NCBI GenBank assembly: GCA_030295235.1
Contig: AP026164.1
Coordinates: forward strand, 1,984,001 to 2,048,000
Direction of reading: 5' to 3'
Length of the DNA: 64,000 bases
Source: Fistulifera solaris
Taxonomy: Eukaryota
Position 1 is the stretch's first letter. Every line of letters begins with the position of its first letter. Positions 59,783-64,000 of this stretch are shown here, one piece after another. The translations under genes and the position numbers were made by a program. Under the pieces are notes generated by a model. The model was given only the letters and a program-made list of their open reading frames with translations. It was not told the origin of the DNA and searched no databases.

Positions 59783-62171
59783 AAACAATAATGGGAGTTC
59801 ATTAAAGCAGCAGTAATTCAAATATCAAGTTTATTCCCTAATTTCCTGAAAGAAAGAATCCTTTTTGACATTCGGACTAATTTTTCCTTTTCCATTTTCA
59901 TTTTGTCACAAATAATTCAATAAGTTCCCCAACTCAGTCAGCCCCCTGTAAAAAAACGGTAGTCCCATTCCTCCGTTAGTTCTCGTGGCAATCTTCCTGC
60001 ATTCGGTCACCAGCAATCTTATATGTCTAGACCAAGCCGTTAAAGTACAAAGGCTACAGAGACTTCAAGAAACGGTATCCAAGTACTTGAATTGTGTATT
60101 TTAAATATCATCCCAATGCAGTTCTCGCCAACTTGCAAAAGGAAACTGCAACGATGGTGCGGACTATAATCTGAAATTTAGGGCTTCATCAGACATCGTC
60201 TGAGCTCTCGTTGATTCGATCGGTAAGCATGCTATTTCGAAGTCAAAGAGATGTAGCGCCACAGGGCAATCCACCGCACAAGGAATCTGGTGCAGGTTTG
60301 TCACTTTCCTACTATACTTCTGGTAGGGTATTTCAAAAACGGGGCTTTTAAATACAAGAAAGAAGCCAAGGAAAATATATAGCACCATGAATATATTTCA
60401 GACTTCAGGAAAAAAGAAAAAAAGAATAAGGTTAAATATGAAATATTATTGATCGTTGGTCGGTTAAACTTTCCTTCAATCAGATAAACCGATATATTAT
60501 GCGACAAGCTTTCCTATCAAGAGATGCGTTATACTTTATAAAACACTCCTCTCACAAACAAAAAAATAAGTGTGTATAGTGAACTCCGCGATCTGGTAAC
60601 ACTTGAAATTTTCGTTCGCTGGTTTTTTCTCATTTGATCATGAAATAGGCCTTTTATAGGGGAGAGCGACGGAAAGCAACACTGCAAGTGGCAAGAAGAC
60701 AAAATGAATTCAAAACTACGTGAAAAGTCAGCTTGCTATGTGCTCTCTTCTGCCCACTGATATTGAAAAAGCATCGTCATCGTGCATTGACAAACGACAA
60801 CAAAAGGTCGACCATACAGTATCGCTCTGCAATAAAACATTTATTATCAACAGTGTACGTATCTCATTTTGCTGATTCACCACGAACATCGCTACATGTA
60901 ATTGATCAACAATTTTTTAAGCAGCTTTAAGCAAAATACTGAACTTCAAAAACCATTCTGATAGACTCATTTCAGTGATCTTTTGGTGCAACACCCACAG
61001 ATTGTTCTAGCTGAACTGTCTAAATTGATCTAATAGGGAAAAACGGAGGTTTTTGGTTTGATCAACAGACTTTCAAACCAATACGTTGCGAAAACAACGA
61101 GCGCAAAAGAAGAGTTAATTCAGACAATATTTTTATCCTCCTTATCATATATTTGTAGAATTGAATACATCACCGACGACTGAACTAACAAAGTAACTGT
61201 AAAAAAGATCGCGAAGATCGCATTGTTTTTTTTACGCCAGGCTTGAGCCCTGTCGAAGTAAACCAGAAGTGAGTTCACAGTAATGTTGCGACTAAATAAT
61301 GGTTACTTTGGGATAGGATTAACCTTTCGTTTAATAAATTTATTAAGTTCTTGCATTCTTGCAACTAATGATTTTTGCCAAGCCAGAGGTCAACTAGTTA
61401 AAAATAGATTTTCTCGTATCATTTATTGTTCGAGTCGGACAGATCTTCTAAATCGAAATTTTAGAAATTGGGCAAAATCAGCGCCAATGCAATCAACGAA
61501 AATTGTGTAAAAAAATTAACAATATAAGCTACAGAATCAAAGAAATCCCTGCTTCTTTGAAGCTTTGCCCCAATTACTGATATCTCAGAGGGTTATATGT
61601 ACTTTAACCAGAGAAATTTGAATCCGGGAATCGGGTAATGACTGCTTGGACATAACACAGGCTCTTTTGATTTGATTTATGTTTTCTGATTATGACAGAT
61701 AAGCGTCGCTTGCTTTAACACGAACTGACCTTGTTTTGGTTAGCAATTATCATCATAAGATGCCAAAGCTGATTCCTTAAATGTTACAATAACTCAAGTT
61801 TGTTTTCTACCATTAAATTCATATTTTGTTGCTTGCATTTGGATATTTTTCACACCTTACCTCTTTCTACTTAACATGCGACTGACGGAAGTTACCAGCA
61901 CGCTGGAACAATGACCATGATGTGGAAGAGGTTGCGAATCAGTCGATTTTGAAGCGGGGAAGTTTTGTAGAGAATAAGAATATGGCGATAGATTTGGAAA
62001 GTTTGCTGGTTGTGGTTCCGTGAAAATGGATGTTGGTTGGAAGAGCTGTTGCAACACAATTCGGATTCATGTTGGCCTACAAAGCCTTTTTTTTACATAC
62101 ATTTCACCGTTTGAGTGGAAAAAAACTTGTGGTGGACGTAATTTTTGAGAAAGCGTTTTCTTGTTATTTAT
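59783..62171. other. AT-rich gene-free island, candidate centromere
   Basis: ~2.4 kb without credible ORF between convergent genes; several hand-counted 60-nt lines at 27-30% GC. Confidence 0.45.
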
Positions 62172-64000
62172 TTACGACCTTAAGAGTTTACGTGAGCAAA
62201 CTGAGAATAGGGAGTTCAATTGAGTGTTTTCGTCTAAGCAATCAAGCAATTCTTGCGATCGGTTCGAACAGTGAAGGCATACAAGAATATAAATGATTTT
62301 GTCGGGTATTTGTTGTTTCTTGTGCAAATTTTCACATGAGAGCACGGCGAGGTCGGCTATTGCGCTTGCAGCGCTTGGCTTTATCTGTTTTGCGCATTCT
62401 AGAAATTCTCGTCTTAGAAAGTGAATGACACTGCCCATTTCGGGTTCGAGTGATGATGATAGGCAGGTACTCGAAGAAAACATGCGCGCAATTCGGCTCT
62501 CAGTTGTCAGCTTCGTCCCCCCGCTTTCCATTCCTAGCAACAGCCTTGCCGTTAACGCACCACGTCTCCAGTTTGTCTCATCGGAAGCAGGAAGAACTGC
62601 TTCAATGAGAGCGTCGACTGTGCAGCGTGCAACATCATGGTAAGAGCCAAGTGTGGCTGAATACTGGTAGTCCTCGTTACTCGATGTGAAACTCCATGTT
62701 GAAGAATCGTCATCAAAGCCGCTGATAATAAAGGTAGCAGCTGCTTCTCCTATCGTCGCTTCCCCTTTTCCACGAAAGAAGATTTTTGGTAGAAAACAGA
62801 GTGCTGATAGGCGCCGGATCTCTTCGTCGTCATCCGATGATGATTCGTTCGTACAAGTATCCTGAGCCACCATGCCGTTGCCTATTTTGGATGCATATCG
62901 AAATACGTCTCCAATTATGCTCATTTCGTGCTGGAGTCTTGATCCCATCTTTGGTCTCGTTCCGTTCCCTCGCACTAGTTTATGCAATAGCTCGCGGAGA
63001 ATATGGTAGGAGTATCGAAAGGTGACTTGCTGAGATGTTAGCATTGGTAAGGTGCCCGTGGCAACATCAAGCGCACCTTGGTCTAAAGCCATTTCGAGCA
63101 AATCGAGGACTTCTTCATGGCCCATCATCCAACACGAACTTGGGAGGGGGAAGAGCTTTCCGAAACTGCCCGGCTCGATTTGGCGCCCCACCTCCAAAAA
63201 GAACATAGAAAAATGAAAGGGTGAAGAAGCCATTCGCGCGCTGTCTACGCTGGTGGCTAAAAGTCGTTGTAGCAAACATTGCTTTTGGTCCAGTATGGAT
63301 GTCTCGTTTTTGGTCAGTTTTTCGAGCATTCTGAGAAAAAACACTTGAATCGCTAACATGAAAGCTTCATGAGAAGTACTTTGTTCGAAAACGCGAACAG
63401 GATAATTTTGAAGGATTGTTGTCTGGTTCCAAATATCCGCAGCAATCGTTTGATTCGCAACAGAGAAGAATGTAGGTAACAAACCCGGTGGTTTGACGCG
63501 AAACGCGCTCGGAGCAAATATTTCGTTCTTAAGAAAATCGCACCTGAATAATAGGCTCTCTTGTCGATCGTCGAAAGATCGGTGAAGGTTATGGCATTGT
63601 TGAGTCACGGCGATCATACAGTCGGCCGGTCCAAGCTGGAGAGGACCTAATGTGAATTCCGTACTAGTTGTCGCAACAGGAACTTGCATCCAATCGGTCG
63701 CTTTTCCAGAAAAAGCACTCCATCCCAGCTTAGAGTTGCATGTGTGTACTGGCGAAAAAAGATTATCCTTTGGGATACTTGATTGCGTTGCTTCGAAACA
63801 AAGCTCGCTGTCGAAATCTCCTTCTTCGTTGTTTGAAGACGGTACTATCCAGGTAACTATTTTATCGTCAAGTAGATGAATGGTCCATACTGTTACCGGC
63901 TTTGACGTTGTGGGTGCGCTTGAAACTATGGACCAAGACTGACATATGCTTGATACTGACGACGCCCTAGCGTCCCTACAATCAGAGGAAACGATTTCGC
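62172..64000 (-). CDS. RIC1-like (Rab6 GEF subunit) C-terminal region; gene continues beyond window
   Basis: FFLEVGRQIEP..F.KLFP...L.E.AL..G.L..A...L resembles the RIC1 domain (CARK.E...W..LF equivalent). Confidence 0.6.
   Translation of the reverse strand, partial: EIVSSDCRDARASSVSSICQSWSIVSSAPTTSKPVTVWTIHLLDDKIVTWIVPSSNNEEGDFDSELCFEATQSSIPKDNLFSPVHTCNSKLGWSAFSGKATDWMQVPVATTSTEFTLGPLQLGPADCMIAVTQQCHNLHRSFDDRQESLLFRCDFLKNEIFAPSAFRVKPPGLLPTFFSVANQTIAADIWNQTTILQNYPVRVFEQSTSHEAFMLAIQVFFLRMLEKLTKNETSILDQKQCLLQRLLATSVDSARMASSPFHFSMFFLEVGRQIEPGSFGKLFPLPSSCWMMGHEEVLDLLEMALDQGALDVATGTLPMLTSQQVTFRYSYHILRELLHKLVRGNGTRPKMGSRLQHEMSIIGDVFRYASKIGNGMVAQDTCTNESSSDDDEEIRRLSALCFLPKIFFRGKGEATIGEAAATFIISGFDDDSSTWSFTSSNEDYQYSATLGSYHDVARCTVDALIEAVLPASDETNWRRGALTARLLLGMESGGTKLTTESRIARMFSSSTCLSSSLEPEMGSVIHFLRREFLECAKQIKPSAASAIADLAVLSCENLHKKQQIPDKIIYILVCLHCSNRSQELLDCLDENTQLNSLFSVCSRKLLRS

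Overview
Gene-dense eukaryotic DNA, most likely from a pennate diatom. The basis is short intergenic spacers, few short GT-AG introns, signal peptide + ASAFAP-like plastid presequences and a DGDG synthase. About 30 protein genes are supportable: CNNM, SFT2, SAM50, ASF1, SERRATE/ARS2, SDF2, PrmC/HemK, ShK-P4H, a TIP41 fusion, group XII PLA2, DGD, Alba, an EF-hand/cNMP kinase, TAF7, TrhO-like rhodanese, a DEAH helicase, Tim23, SET, PX, TPR/Mlp1 and RIC1 among them. Many ORFs are split by 1-nt indels, mostly at homopolymers, probably long-read assembly errors. Highlights not visible in the ORF track: (1) a complete U6 snRNA gene (40426-40533) with TATA box and T6 terminator, whose internal stem-loop/U4-pairing segment is unusually divergent but compensated; (2) a three-copy birth-and-death array of a dynamin-like GTPase with a hypervariable Cys-rich module (5.3-10.7 kb); (3) a ~2.4 kb AT-rich gene-free island (59.8-62.2 kb) resembling a diatom centromere; (4) a dispersed ~80 bp stem-loop element in two divergent promoters and a recurrent TACC(A)GGTAC intergenic motif; (5) several unusual protein architectures. 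All family calls are from motif recognition by eye; no searches were run.
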